Origin: Eubacteriales bacterium
Lineage (GTDB): Bacteria; Bacillota; Clostridia; Oscillospirales; JAAYXM01
Assembly: GCA_045586595.1 (NCBI GenBank)
Contig: JAZNAQ010000011.1
Coordinates: forward strand, 4,713-68,712
Direction: 5' to 3'
DNA: 64,000 nt
Below, in pieces: positions 10,113-21,405 of the stretch (position 1 is its first letter; each line of letters starts with the position of its first letter). A program made the translations under genes and the position numbers. The notes beneath the pieces were generated by a model, which had not been told where the DNA came from, did no database searches, and saw only the letters and a program-made list of their open reading frames with translations.

Positions 10113-10964
10113 TTACTTTTCCATAAAGAGAACTCCCAGGGTTCCCGGGCCGCAGTGAGTAGATATAGTGCAGCTTGCACGGCTGATGTATATTTCTTTG
10201 AATATCCCTGTTTCTTCAACCATCTTTTTTACATTGGCAAGTCTTTCTTCCGAAACACCCGAATGTGTGATGTACATACGTTCAGGGTTAATATTATCGT
10301 ATTTTTCAAACTGTTCTTTCACATACTGCGAAAGCACCTTATCCATGTTTCCGCGGTATTTTTTCGCCGCATGAAGCTCACCTGTCTCGTTGTTTACCTC
10401 AATGCAAACCTTAAGACCGAGCATACCTGCCGCAAGTGCTGCAACACCCGAGCATCTTCCGCCCGCTTTCATAAATTCAAGCGTTTCAAGAACAAAGCTG
10501 CAGTGACTCTTTGAGCGAAGTGCCGATACTTCCTCAACTATCTGCTCAGCGCTTATCCCCTTTGCTATGCGCTCACCCGCTTCAATAACAAGCAGAGCTA
10601 TTGCACTGGATACATTTCGTGAATCAATAACGTGTACACCCGGAAGCTCAGCTGCGGCGAGAACGCATGACTGGTAGCTGCTTGTTATAGCTGAAGACAA
10701 CGTAATGTGAATTACCTCATAGCCTTCGTCAACCCACGGTTTGAAGTACTCTATATACTCAGACGGATTTATCGCCGAAGTCTTCGGAAGATTCCCAGTC
10801 CTTCTGAATGATTCATACAAATCGTCGGGCATAATATCAACGCTGTCCATATACTTCTTATCTTCAAGGGTAATAGGATATGAAATAAGGTTTACAGAAT
10901 ATTTTTCACGAAGCTTGTCACCTATATCACAAGTGCGGTCTGCACTCAGAATTATCTTAGACAT
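10113..10964 (-). CDS. DegV family fatty-acid-binding protein
   Basis: 283 aa with a typical DegV N-terminus (KIILSADRTCDI...) and overall DegV length and pattern. GGGAGGGG SD. Confidence 0.85.
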   Translation of the reverse strand: MSKIILSADRTCDIGDKLREKYSVNLISYPITLEDKKYMDSVDIMPDDLYESFRRTGNLPKTSAINPSEYIEYFKPWVDEGYEVIHITLSSAITSSYQSCVLAAAELPGVHVIDSRNVSSAIALLVIEAGERIAKGISAEQIVEEVSALRSKSHCSFVLETLEFMKAGGRCSGVAALAAGMLGLKVCIEVNNETGELHAAKKYRGNMDKVLSQYVKEQFEKYDNINPERMYITHSGVSEERLANVKKMVEETGIFKEIYISRASCTISTHCGPGTLGVLFMEK

Positions 10965-10988
10965 ATTTATTCCCCTCCCTTGTATAAA

Positions 10989-11711
10989 CTATTCTTCCTC
11001 CCAGTTATGATAGACGTTCTGTACGTCATCATTATCCTCGAGCATATCAAGAAGCTTCTGCATATTCTTTATGTCATCTTCGCTCTCAAGCTTAGTATAG
11101 TTCTGCGGAACAAGCTCTGCCTCTGCAGATACAACGGTATATCCGCCATTTGTAAGTGTTTCACTTACCTCAGCAACGCTTGCCGGGTCACAGTATACCT
11201 CAACAACTTCTTCTGATACCTCAACATCGTCAGCTCCCGCCTCGATGCAAGCCATCATAACCTCGTCTTCATCTGTGTCGCCTCGTTCAAGAACAACTAT
11301 GCCTTTGTTGTCAAACTGCCAGCCAACACAACCGGTTGCGCCTAGATTTCCGCCAAATTTATCAAAATAATGACGCATTTCTGATGCAGTACGGTTGCGG
11401 TTATCTGTCATCGTTTCAACGATAACAGCAACGCCACACGGGCCGTAGCCCTCATATACTATTGTTTCGTAGTTCGCTCCGTCAGCGCCCGATGCACGCT
11501 CAATGATACGCTTAATGTTGTCATTAGGCACATTATTTGCCTTAGCTTTTGCAATGCATGCAGCAAGCTTTGAGTTGCAAGTAGGGTCTGGGCCTCCTTC
11601 TTTTACAGCAACCGACATCTCACGGCCGATTTTTGTAAAAATTTTAGCACGCTGCGCGTCTGTCTTTTCTTTTTTGTGAAGTATGTTTTTCCATTTGGAG
11701 TGTCCTGACAT
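10989..11711 (-). CDS. yebC: YebC/PmpR family DNA-binding transcriptional regulator
   Basis: 240 aa starting MSGHSKWKNILHKK...KIFTKIGREM, the hallmark N-terminus of the family. Confidence 0.93.
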   Translation of the reverse strand: MSGHSKWKNILHKKEKTDAQRAKIFTKIGREMSVAVKEGGPDPTCNSKLAACIAKAKANNVPNDNIKRIIERASGADGANYETIVYEGYGPCGVAVIVETMTDNRNRTASEMRHYFDKFGGNLGATGCVGWQFDNKGIVVLERGDTDEDEVMMACIEAGADDVEVSEEVVEVYCDPASVAEVSETLTNGGYTVVSAEAELVPQNYTKLESEDDIKNMQKLLDMLEDNDDVQNVYHNWEEE

Positions 11712-11897
11712 TGTAATTCCTCATTCCTTGAGCCTGATTTTATAATATATAAGTATACAACATTATCGTCTTTTTTTCAAGTTTATTAATTAAATTTTGA
11801 TTTAATGTATAAACCGCAAAAGATATGCACAGAATACAAATACATCATCACGGAATGTTTCGTGTTGATACATTTATTTTTACGAGGTGAATTTAAA

Positions 11898-12050
11898 ATG
11901 TCTAACCAGAACAACCAGAACAATCAGAACAACAACCAGCAGAACCAGAACAATCAGAACAATCAGCAGAACAGACAGAACAACAACCAGCAGAATCAGA
12001 GCAACCAGAACAATCAGCAGAACAGACAGAACAACAACCAGAATTTCTAA
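11898..12050 (+). CDS. 50-aa Asn/Gln-only low-complexity microprotein (hypothetical)
   Basis: GAGGTG SD 8 nt before the ATG at 11898. Product is MSNQNNQNNQNNNQQNQNNQNNQQNRQNNNQQNQSNQNNQQNRQNNNQNF. A strong terminator hairpin follows. The gene contains an exact 36-nt direct repeat (11955-11990 and 12006-12041). Confidence 0.55.
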   Translation: MSNQNNQNNQNNNQQNQNNQNNQQNRQNNNQQNQSNQNNQQNRQNNNQNF

Positions 12051-12060
12051 TTCCTTTAAA

Positions 12061-12105
12061 GAAACCGGCTGTTTCGTAAATATGCGGAACAGCCGGTTTC
12101 TTCTT
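12061..12105 (+). terminator. Rho-independent terminator after the N/Q microprotein gene
   Basis: A 13-bp stem, GAAACCGGCTGTT (12061-12073) pairing with AACAGCCGGTTTC (12088-12100), followed by TTCTT. Confidence 0.7.
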
Positions 12106-12148
12106 GACAACAAAAAAATCAAGCGACATAATCATTATATCATTTCAA

Positions 12149-13390
12149 ATGATAGTTTGTGGGGTGAAGGGCTTGGATAAATTCATATTACACTGCGACC
12201 TAAATGCATTTTATGCATCTGTAGAAGAGGTTCGTAATCCCGAGCTTCGTGCCTGGCCTGTAGCAGTATGCGGAAACCCGAAAAACCGTCACGGCATAAT
12301 ACTTGCAAAGAACGAAAAAGCAAAAGCCTTTGGTGTAAAAACCGCAGAGACGATATGGCAAGCTCAGAGAAAATGCCCCGACCTTATACTCGTCCCGCCC
12401 CATCATAGCGAATATTTAAAATACTCCAAAACAGTCAATGAAATATATCTTAGATATACTGACCTTGTCGAGCCTTTTGGTATTGATGAATCGTGGCTTG
12501 ACATTACAGGTTCGGCTCACCTTTTTGGCACTCCCGAGCAAATAGCAGATGAGCTTCGTGAGGTTGTCAGAAATGAAACCGGCCTTACAATTTCAGTTGG
12601 TGTTTCTTTTACAAAAGCCTTTGCAAAGCTCGGAAGTGACTATAAAAAGCCCGATGCTACAACTGTCATAACGCGCGAAAACTATAAAGATATTGCATGG
12701 CCACTCCCCGTCACCGATTTGCTTTATGTTGGCAAAAGCGCAAAAAAAACCTTTGGGCGCCTGGGAATAACAACTATCGGAGAGCTTGCAAACAGCTCGC
12801 GCGCAACTATCTCCGCTCTTCTCGGCAAAACGGGAGAACTCGTCCACGATTACGCAAATGGAATTGACAACTCTCCTGTTCAGTCAGCTTTTGCCGAAAA
12901 TGACCCAAAATCAATCGGGCGCGGGGTAACCTTTCCTCACGATCTAACTGAATTTTCAGAGATCAAAACCGGCATTTCCGTTCTTGCCGATGATGTTGCC
13001 ACACGCCTGCGCAAGCATAGCCTCAAAGCACACGTTGTCTCTCTCACAGTGCGCGACCCAAGCTTCAGAACAACATCAAAGCAAAAAACACTCCCCTCAC
13101 CGACATATCTCGAAAGCGATATAACACGCACTTGCATTGAGCTTTATAACGAATCATATGCCTCAAAAGGCATCCCTGTGCGTATGCTCACAGTAACAGT
13201 CTCTTCCCTTGTTAATTCATCTGACACGGTCAGCGAACAGCTCTCTTTATTTTCTCACAGTGACGACATTCAAAAACGAGAAAAGATTGAGCTTACAATA
13301 GACAAAATACGCAAAAAATTCGGACGCAGCTCAATGCAGAAGGGTTCTTTTTTAAACCAAGATTTTTCAATAAAAAACAACGACGATTAA
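12149..13390 (+). CDS. dinB: DNA polymerase IV (Y-family translesion polymerase)
   Basis: Motifs ILHCDLNAFYASVE, GIDESWLD and a little-finger region. The ORF-track start at 12104 lies inside the upstream terminator, so I prefer the ATG at 12149. The start remains uncertain; GTG at 12164 is also possible. Confidence 0.88.
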   Translation: MIVCGVKGLDKFILHCDLNAFYASVEEVRNPELRAWPVAVCGNPKNRHGIILAKNEKAKAFGVKTAETIWQAQRKCPDLILVPPHHSEYLKYSKTVNEIYLRYTDLVEPFGIDESWLDITGSAHLFGTPEQIADELREVVRNETGLTISVGVSFTKAFAKLGSDYKKPDATTVITRENYKDIAWPLPVTDLLYVGKSAKKTFGRLGITTIGELANSSRATISALLGKTGELVHDYANGIDNSPVQSAFAENDPKSIGRGVTFPHDLTEFSEIKTGISVLADDVATRLRKHSLKAHVVSLTVRDPSFRTTSKQKTLPSPTYLESDITRTCIELYNESYASKGIPVRMLTVTVSSLVNSSDTVSEQLSLFSHSDDIQKREKIELTIDKIRKKFGRSSMQKGSFLNQDFSIKNNDD

Positions 13391-13413
13391 AGGCGAAAAA
13401 CCATAAATTTTGC

Positions 13414-13443
13414 TTGACAAATACCGCTGTTTTAGTGTATCAT
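13414..13443 (+). promoter_or_regulatory. Sigma-A-type promoter for guaB
   Basis: TTGACA (13414-13419), an 18-nt spacer, then TG-extended TATCAT (13438-13443). Confidence 0.5.
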
Positions 13444-13456
13444 ATTTTTTAAATAA

Positions 13457-14944
<1,488 letters not shown>

Positions 14945-14946
14945 AA

Positions 14947-14984
14947 TAAAAACAGAGTCGTGTCATACACGACTCTGTTTTTTA
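14947..14984. terminator. Bidirectional terminator between guaB and the ABC ATPase gene
   Basis: ACAGAGTCGTG (14952-14962) pairs with CACGACTCTGT (14968-14978), flanked by an A-run and a T-run. Confidence 0.75.
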
Positions 14985-15734
14985 AAACTCATAACAAAAT
15001 CCATTCCCATCTGGTCTTTTAGAAACAGACACTCCAAACATCTCATTTATTATTTTGCTATCACAAACGGCATCTGGCGTATCTGCACGCAAAACTTTTC
15101 CCTCGCAGAGCACAGCCACACTGTCAGAAAAGCTCAGTGCAAGCGGAATATCATGCATAACCGTAACTATTCCCTTCCCCTCTTCCGCTAAAGAACGCAG
15201 AGTTTTCAAGAGCGAGAGCTGGTTTGAAATATCAAGATATGTAGTTGGCTCATCCAGCAGGATATAGTCAGCATCCTGCGCGAGAGCCATTGCAATGTAT
15301 GCATTTTGTCTCATCCCACCCGACAGACAAGATAGCTTGCTGTCAGAAAGTGATTTAATCCCCATACGCGCAAGCGTACCTTGCACCATCTCATTGTCCT
15401 CTTTGCTGTACCGTCGAGGATAATCAAGATACGGGAATCTCCCATGCAACACCATCTGCCCAACTGTCATGTCAGGGACATTTTTGCCCTGAGATAGATA
15501 TGCAATGTTTTGCGCAACTTCTTTGCGCGACATTGCATTTTTTTCTTTACCGTTAATTATTATACTTCCGCTTGTGAACGGTATAATGCCCGCCATAGTT
15601 TTAAGGAGAGTGCTTTTTCCCGAGCCGTTAGGCCCGATGACAGACATAATCTTTCCTCTTTCCACGTTAAGTGATACGCCACAGAGCACATTACACTTTG
15701 CGTAGCCTGAATATATTTCTTTAAGCTCAATCAC
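14982..15734 (-). CDS. ABC transporter ATP-binding protein (FecE/BtuD-type iron-siderophore/cobalamin importer)
   Basis: Walker A GPNGSGKST, signature LSGGMRQ, Walker B ILLDEPT. I prefer the GTG at 15734, which has a GAGGAGG SD 8 nt upstream, over the TTG at 15761. Confidence 0.88.
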   Translation of the reverse strand: MIELKEIYSGYAKCNVLCGVSLNVERGKIMSVIGPNGSGKSTLLKTMAGIIPFTSGSIIINGKEKNAMSRKEVAQNIAYLSQGKNVPDMTVGQMVLHGRFPYLDYPRRYSKEDNEMVQGTLARMGIKSLSDSKLSCLSGGMRQNAYIAMALAQDADYILLDEPTTYLDISNQLSLLKTLRSLAEEGKGIVTVMHDIPLALSFSDSVAVLCEGKVLRADTPDAVCDSKIINEMFGVSVSKRPDGNGFCYEF

Positions 15735-16752
15735 TCTTATGCCCTCCTCTGCCCCGAACAAGAATAAAAATAAAGAATGGTGCTCCGAGGAAAGCCATAA
15801 TTATACCTACAGGAATTTCATAAGGCGAAAATGCACATCTGGCAACAGTATCACACAAACACACAAACGCGCCCCCGAATAATGCACAGAGACTAATTAA
15901 ATGAAATGCCCTATTACCTGCAAGCCTTCTCACCGTATGCGGAACAAGTAACCCCACAAACGAAAGTAGCCCCGCAAGGCTTACTGCACACCCCGCAAGC
16001 AGTGCTGCAAGTAGTAAAAAAAACATATTCATAAGCTCAGTATTCATACCGAGCCCCTTTGCGTTTTCTTCTCCGAGAGAAAGTACATCAAGCTCGTTTG
16101 CCAGAGTAAGAAGTAGCGCTGTTGTAATCAAAATCAGAACCGTCGCAGGAACAAGCTTCTGATACGTCACCGCCGAAAACTCTCCAACTTTAAAGTCGTT
16201 ACTCATCATCCCCACATCCGGAATAAAAGTAACCACCGTATCAGAGACCGCGCCGAGCAAGCTATTCATGGCGACACCAATAAGTATTACTTTTCCGCGC
16301 GATGCGCTCCATCTCCGCGCTCCCAGACTAACAATCATAACTGCCGCAAATGCGCCAAGAAATGCAAATAGCGAAAGTCTCCACCCTCCGTAAATACCAA
16401 ATGCTGTACACAATGTAACAGCAAGCCCCGCTCCGGAGTTAACCCCTATTACGCTCGGAGATGCCAACCGATTTGACAGAACTCCCTGTATCAGCGCGCC
16501 GGAAACAGCAAGAGCCGCTCCGCACACAAGCGAAGCAATAGTTCTCGGAAGCCTTACATAATAAATAATACGCCATGCCGGTAATGTATAAAGCCCTTCA
16601 CAAATCGCGTGGTAGAGCTCCGAGAATGAAACCGAAGTACTTCCAAGCCCTATTCCCGAAACTATGGCAACAAGCAAGAGCAAAACACCTGTAAGATAGA
16701 GTAATTTTATTCTGTTTTTATTCTTCAAGCAAAATTCTGCCGAGCTCCTCAT
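15727..16752 (-). CDS. FecCD-family ABC transporter permease
   Basis: 341 aa and polytopic, with a typical FecCD/BtuC pattern (RLPRTIA..., GAALAVSGALIQ). Overlaps both neighbouring genes. Confidence 0.88.
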   Translation of the reverse strand: MRSSAEFCLKNKNRIKLLYLTGVLLLLVAIVSGIGLGSTSVSFSELYHAICEGLYTLPAWRIIYYVRLPRTIASLVCGAALAVSGALIQGVLSNRLASPSVIGVNSGAGLAVTLCTAFGIYGGWRLSLFAFLGAFAAVMIVSLGARRWSASRGKVILIGVAMNSLLGAVSDTVVTFIPDVGMMSNDFKVGEFSAVTYQKLVPATVLILITTALLLTLANELDVLSLGEENAKGLGMNTELMNMFFLLLAALLAGCAVSLAGLLSFVGLLVPHTVRRLAGNRAFHLISLCALFGGAFVCLCDTVARCAFSPYEIPVGIIMAFLGAPFFIFILVRGRGGHKSD

Positions 16753-17656
16753 ACGCCTCTGCCCATCTCACATTCGGTTTTATATTAAACAGCCTTCTGT
16801 CCATAAAATGCAGCCTGTTCTCACGAACAGCTAAAAGAGTTTTCCATGCCGGATTTTCGCTCATCGTTTCTGCAAGATTTTTCATTGCCTTATCAATATC
16901 GTCACCCATTGTGACAACAAAAATCCTGTACGGCTCGTTCTTAATAACAGACTCTACGCTTAAGTTCTCAAGCAGGCTCTTGTCGCTGTCTGCAATGTTT
17001 TTGCACCCCAGCTCAAAAAGCATCTCACCCAGCACGGTCCCACGGCTACCCTTTGCCTTTACAGTGCCGGAAGACGCCCGAAGTAATAATATCGTCTTTG
17101 CCTCAGCAGGTATTTTCGCATCTGCACAGCGTTTTTTTACAGCATCTATCTGTGCCCTTATATGTAGCCCGTTTTTCTCATAGAGGTCTTTTCTGCCTGT
17201 AATATCAGTGCAGATATCAAGCATCCGGAGATAGTCCTCAAAACAGTCAACATCAAAATATGCTACTGTAATTCCCGCATTTTCAAGTGCATCTTTCATT
17301 TCCACATTCGATGCTGTGGATGCACTTGCAATTACAAAATCGGGGTTTGCTTTAAAAAGAGACTCAAGCGACGGTGAATGTGCTCCACCGAGATTTATGC
17401 AATCATCACGAAGATTAAGACCTAAATCTTCCCATGCATCATCACAGGTTGCCGCAACCTCCCCACCGGCAAGCATCCATATTTCAGCAAAGCTTCCGAG
17501 GATAGGCGCAACTCTGTTACATGTACTGACCGTAACCTCGAGTCCAAGGTCGTCTGTAAAGGTATATCCCTCTGTCTTTTCTTGTTCTCCGCAACCGTAC
17601 AACACAAGAAGCATACAAAAAAAGCTCGCCAATATCACGCTTATGCTTCTCTGCAT
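16718..17656 (-). CDS. ABC transporter substrate-binding lipoprotein (BtuF/FhuD-type periplasmic binding protein)
   Basis: Signal peptide with lipobox LVLYGC. Class III PBP size. GAGGTGA SD overlaps the end of recG. Confidence 0.8.
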   Translation of the reverse strand: MQRSISVILASFFCMLLVLYGCGEQEKTEGYTFTDDLGLEVTVSTCNRVAPILGSFAEIWMLAGGEVAATCDDAWEDLGLNLRDDCINLGGAHSPSLESLFKANPDFVIASASTASNVEMKDALENAGITVAYFDVDCFEDYLRMLDICTDITGRKDLYEKNGLHIRAQIDAVKKRCADAKIPAEAKTILLLRASSGTVKAKGSRGTVLGEMLFELGCKNIADSDKSLLENLSVESVIKNEPYRIFVVTMGDDIDKAMKNLAETMSENPAWKTLLAVRENRLHFMDRRLFNIKPNVRWAEAYEELGRILLEE

Positions 17657-17665
17657 TTTTTCACC

Positions 17666-19732
17666 TCAATTAAACGAATTTTTACCAACACTCAAATCAA
17701 ACATCCTGCGTATACGCTCACGAAGAAGCTTATACTCAGGGTTTTTAAGCGTACGGTCTATCTCGGCAATCTTTGCTGCCTCGCGCTTGGCCAAATCAAG
17801 CACACGCATATCTGACATAAAACTTGCAATTTTGAGTATGGGCAAACCATGCTGGCGTGTACCGAAAAAGTCGCCCGGTCCGCGAAGTTTCAGGTCCTCC
17901 TCAGATATTTTAAATCCATCTGCGTTTTTGCGAAGTGCCTGCAAACGCTCTGCCGCAGGGCTCCACTTGCTCACATTTGAAAACAGTATGCAATAAGACT
18001 TGTCCTTTCCTCGTCCTACACGTCCGCGAAGCTGATGAAGCTGCGAAAGACCAAACCTTTCAGAATTTTCTATTGCCATAACAGTAGCGTTCGGGACGTT
18101 CACCCCAACCTCTATTACCGTTGTTGAAACGATTGCCGCTGTCTCACCAGAAACAAACCGACGCATAACGGCGTCCTTCTCTTTTTGCTTCATCTTGCCG
18201 TGTAAGAACTCAATCTGCTTACCTTTAAATACTGTATCAGAAAGCTCCTCGGCAAACTTTTCAACAGAGCGCATTTCACCCTCTTCATCCTCATCTATAA
18301 GAGGACATACTATGTATGCCTGATGACCTTCATCAAGCTGTTTTTTTATAAAGCCATATGCATCATTGCGCTTTGTGTCATTCACAATCAGCGTATCTAC
18401 TGGCAATCTCCCCGGCGGAAGTTCATCTATGACCGATATATCAAGATCACCGTACATAATAAGTGCAAGCGAGCGCGGTATAGGTGTTGCAGACATAACA
18501 AGCTGATGAGGGTTATTTCCCTTCGAGGCGAGAGCCGCTCTTTGGCGAACACCGAAGCGATGTTGCTCGTCAACTATCATAAGCCCCAGACTTGAAAAAG
18601 CTACATCCTCACTTATTATCGCATGAGTGCCTATAAGAAAATCAACTTCTCCTGTTAGGCACATCTCCTTTACAGCTCTTTTTTCTGATGCCTTCATGCT
18701 TCCGCACAAAAGCATGCATTTCATACCAAGCTCTGAAAGCCCTGCCGAAAGTGACATAAAATGCTGTTCGGCAAGTATTTCTGTCGGCACCATCAGCGCT
18801 GTCTGCAACCCGTTTTTATACGCAATATATGCAGCACCGGCAGCAACAGCTGTCTTGCCCGAGCCGACATCACCCTGAACTATACGGTTCATCGGACGGG
18901 GTGACTTCATATCTCCGGCAATCTCGTCCATCACGCGAAGTTGGGCAGCTGTTGGCTTAAACGGCAGAGCCGATATATATTTTGAGTAATCCGCATCTTC
19001 TATGGCTATGCCAGACTCATACTCACGTCTGTCGCGAAGATGCATAAGCCCCAACGTAAGGACAAAAAGCTCCTCAAAGACAAGCCTCCGTTTTGCAATT
19101 TCAAGCTCCTCTTCGCTTGTTGGAAAATGAATTTCGCGATAAGAATATCCGACGTGTGCAAGCCTTAGTCGTCTTCGGATTTCCTCTGGTATAACCTCTG
19201 GAATAACCTCTGAAAACTCCGATAATGCTGTTTTGACCGCAGTTCGAATCATATCTGCCGAAAGCCCTGCCGTCAAACCATATATCGGGAGGATAGCCCC
19301 GGTCTTGTTGCCGGAGCTATCCTCTCGCTCAAACGTCGGATTTGTCATAGAAAGCTTGCCGCCGCGCTCCTCTATCTTACCAAAGAATATGTAGCGCTCA
19401 CCGGCCTGAAGCTTTCCTACACTGTATTTTTGATTAAAGAAAACTATATTTATTCCGCCTGTCTCATCAACTGCACGAAACTCTGTCACCGAAAAACCAC
19501 GGCGTGGGGTTCTGGTCTTTATATTAGAGGACACATATGCATTTATGCATGCCTTGTCCCCCGCTCGGACATCGGATATATTGAGAGTCTTTCGCCTGTC
19601 CTCATAGTCACGCGGAAAATAGTTTAAAAGGTCATACACGGTAAATATACCAAGCCTCGAAAAAGCCTCGGCACGTTTTTCACCAACACCCTTTAAATAC
19701 CGTATTCCCGTGTTTAAATCAGACTTCACCAT
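17666..19732 (-). CDS. recG: ATP-dependent DNA helicase RecG
   Basis: 688 aa with a wedge/OB N-terminus and helicase motifs GDVGSGKT, MIVDEQHRFG, MSATPIPRS and QLHQLRGRVGRG. Confidence 0.95.
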   Translation of the reverse strand: MVKSDLNTGIRYLKGVGEKRAEAFSRLGIFTVYDLLNYFPRDYEDRRKTLNISDVRAGDKACINAYVSSNIKTRTPRRGFSVTEFRAVDETGGINIVFFNQKYSVGKLQAGERYIFFGKIEERGGKLSMTNPTFEREDSSGNKTGAILPIYGLTAGLSADMIRTAVKTALSEFSEVIPEVIPEEIRRRLRLAHVGYSYREIHFPTSEEELEIAKRRLVFEELFVLTLGLMHLRDRREYESGIAIEDADYSKYISALPFKPTAAQLRVMDEIAGDMKSPRPMNRIVQGDVGSGKTAVAAGAAYIAYKNGLQTALMVPTEILAEQHFMSLSAGLSELGMKCMLLCGSMKASEKRAVKEMCLTGEVDFLIGTHAIISEDVAFSSLGLMIVDEQHRFGVRQRAALASKGNNPHQLVMSATPIPRSLALIMYGDLDISVIDELPPGRLPVDTLIVNDTKRNDAYGFIKKQLDEGHQAYIVCPLIDEDEEGEMRSVEKFAEELSDTVFKGKQIEFLHGKMKQKEKDAVMRRFVSGETAAIVSTTVIEVGVNVPNATVMAIENSERFGLSQLHQLRGRVGRGKDKSYCILFSNVSKWSPAAERLQALRKNADGFKISEEDLKLRGPGDFFGTRQHGLPILKIASFMSDMRVLDLAKREAAKIAEIDRTLKNPEYKLLRERIRRMFDLSVGKNSFN

Positions 19733-19738
19733 ACGAAA

Positions 19739-21391
19739 TTACTCCGCAGAAATCAAATAGTAATATACCGGCTGACCGCCGTCAAGAATCATAACCTCGG
19801 CATCCTGTGCCTTATCCTTGCAGATTGACTCAATAACAGATGCATCATCAGCCTTTACACCGTCGCCGTAAAACACGGTTATAAAGCCCTTATCCTCAAC
19901 ACCCATGTCAGAGATAAGCTTGTCTGCCACTTCCTTTAAGTCCTTGCCCGATGCAGAGAGCTTACCTTCGTTAAGTGCAAGGTATTCGCCCTCTTTGATA
20001 GAGTGGCCGTCAAACTCACTGTCGCGTGCAGCATATGTGATAGAGCCTGTGGAAACATTCCCCGCCGCCTCCATCATTGCCGCAATATTCTGCTCAACAT
20101 CAGCGTCCGGGTCAAACGCAAGCATCGCAGATATTCCCTGCGGTATGGTTTTTGTCTCAAGCACAACAACCTGCTTTGGTGTAAGCTCTGCTGTCTGCTG
20201 AGCCGCCATAATAATGTTCTTATTGTTCGGGAGAACAAAGACAATCTCCGATGGAGTTGCATTTATCGCATCGAGAATATCGTCTGTTGACGGGTTCATC
20301 GTCTGTCCGCCCTCGACCATTGTGTTTGCACCTAGGTCGCGGAACACGTTCATAATGCCCTCGCCTGCTCCAACTACAGCAAACCCATACTTTGTCTCCG
20401 GCTCGGCAATCTTCGGTTTTTCATCAGACTTAGGGGTAGAGCTCTGCTCTGCAATAACCTTTTCGGTATGCTGATAACGCATGTTGTCAATCTTTATATT
20501 AGTAAGCTCACCGTAGGTAAGCGCACGCCCAAGAGCCTTATCAGGCTCATTTGTATGAACATGAACCTTTATAATATCGTCATCATCTACAACAACAACG
20601 CAATCGCCGATAGACTCAAGATATGCGCGAAGCTTTGCAACATCAAGCTTTTTACCCTCTTTGCTGATGTTTACAATAAACTCTGTGCAGTATGCAAAAG
20701 TAATTTCCTCGTCAACCTCTGCAAAAAAAGCCGCGCCGCCTGCTGTAATCTCATCACCCGAAAGCGGCTTTACATCGTTCCCGAGAAGAGAGTCGCGCAT
20801 TGCCTCAAGCACTAATACCCAACCGCAACCACCGGCATCAACAACTCCTGCCTTTTTAAGGACAGGGTTAAGCTCCATGGTCTCGTCTAAGGCTGCCTTT
20901 GCCGCAGTGATTGCCTCTTCAAAAAGCTCTGTAACATCGGACTGAGACCCTGCCAGCTCGCTCACACGCTCTGCCGCCTTGCGGGAAACAGAAAGAATTG
21001 TGCCCTCTGCAGGCTTCATAACGGCGCGGTACGCCGCCTCAACGCCTGCAGTAAGTGCTTTGCCAAGCGATTTTGCATTCATCTCATGCTCTTCTGCACA
21101 CGATTTTGCAAAGCCGCGGAAAAGAAGCGAAAGAATAACACCCGAGTTTCCGCGTGCGCCGCGAAGAAGAGCTGATGCCGCAATGTTTGCCGCCTCACCG
21201 ATTGTTTCGGGAGCTGCACCTGCAAGAGCAGATGCAGCAGCGCGCGCAGTAAGCGACATGTTTGTGCCCGTGTCACCGTCAGGAACGGGGAATACGTTGA
21301 GCTCATTAAGTTTTTGTTTGTTGTTATCTATTGCCGCGGATGCGGAAATCACCATTCGTTTAAATTCCGCGGCGGTAATCTGTTCTTTCAA
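19739..21391 (-). CDS. yloV: DAK2 domain-containing protein YloV
   Basis: DAK2 motif PVPDGDTGTNM. Conserved asp23-yloV-recG synteny. I prefer the TTG at 21391 (GGAGGTG SD 6 nt upstream) over the GTG at 21400, which abuts the SD. Confidence 0.85.
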   Translation of the reverse strand: MKEQITAAEFKRMVISASAAIDNNKQKLNELNVFPVPDGDTGTNMSLTARAAASALAGAAPETIGEAANIAASALLRGARGNSGVILSLLFRGFAKSCAEEHEMNAKSLGKALTAGVEAAYRAVMKPAEGTILSVSRKAAERVSELAGSQSDVTELFEEAITAAKAALDETMELNPVLKKAGVVDAGGCGWVLVLEAMRDSLLGNDVKPLSGDEITAGGAAFFAEVDEEITFAYCTEFIVNISKEGKKLDVAKLRAYLESIGDCVVVVDDDDIIKVHVHTNEPDKALGRALTYGELTNIKIDNMRYQHTEKVIAEQSSTPKSDEKPKIAEPETKYGFAVVGAGEGIMNVFRDLGANTMVEGGQTMNPSTDDILDAINATPSEIVFVLPNNKNIIMAAQQTAELTPKQVVVLETKTIPQGISAMLAFDPDADVEQNIAAMMEAAGNVSTGSITYAARDSEFDGHSIKEGEYLALNEGKLSASGKDLKEVADKLISDMGVEDKGFITVFYGDGVKADDASVIESICKDKAQDAEVMILDGGQPVYYYLISAE

Positions 21392-21405
21392 GACCGGCAC
21401 CTCCG

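Noticed and set aside
11880-12135. Antisense ORFs of 80 and 77 aa, and a 97-aa plus-strand ORF, across the N/Q repeat
   Set aside because: These are open frames created by the CAG/AAC-type repeat. They lack an SD, and the terminator orientation favours the plus-strand N/Q frame.
17657-17665. A cobalamin riboswitch or Fur box upstream of the BtuF/FecB-type transporter
   Set aside because: The intergenic gap to recG is only 9 nt.
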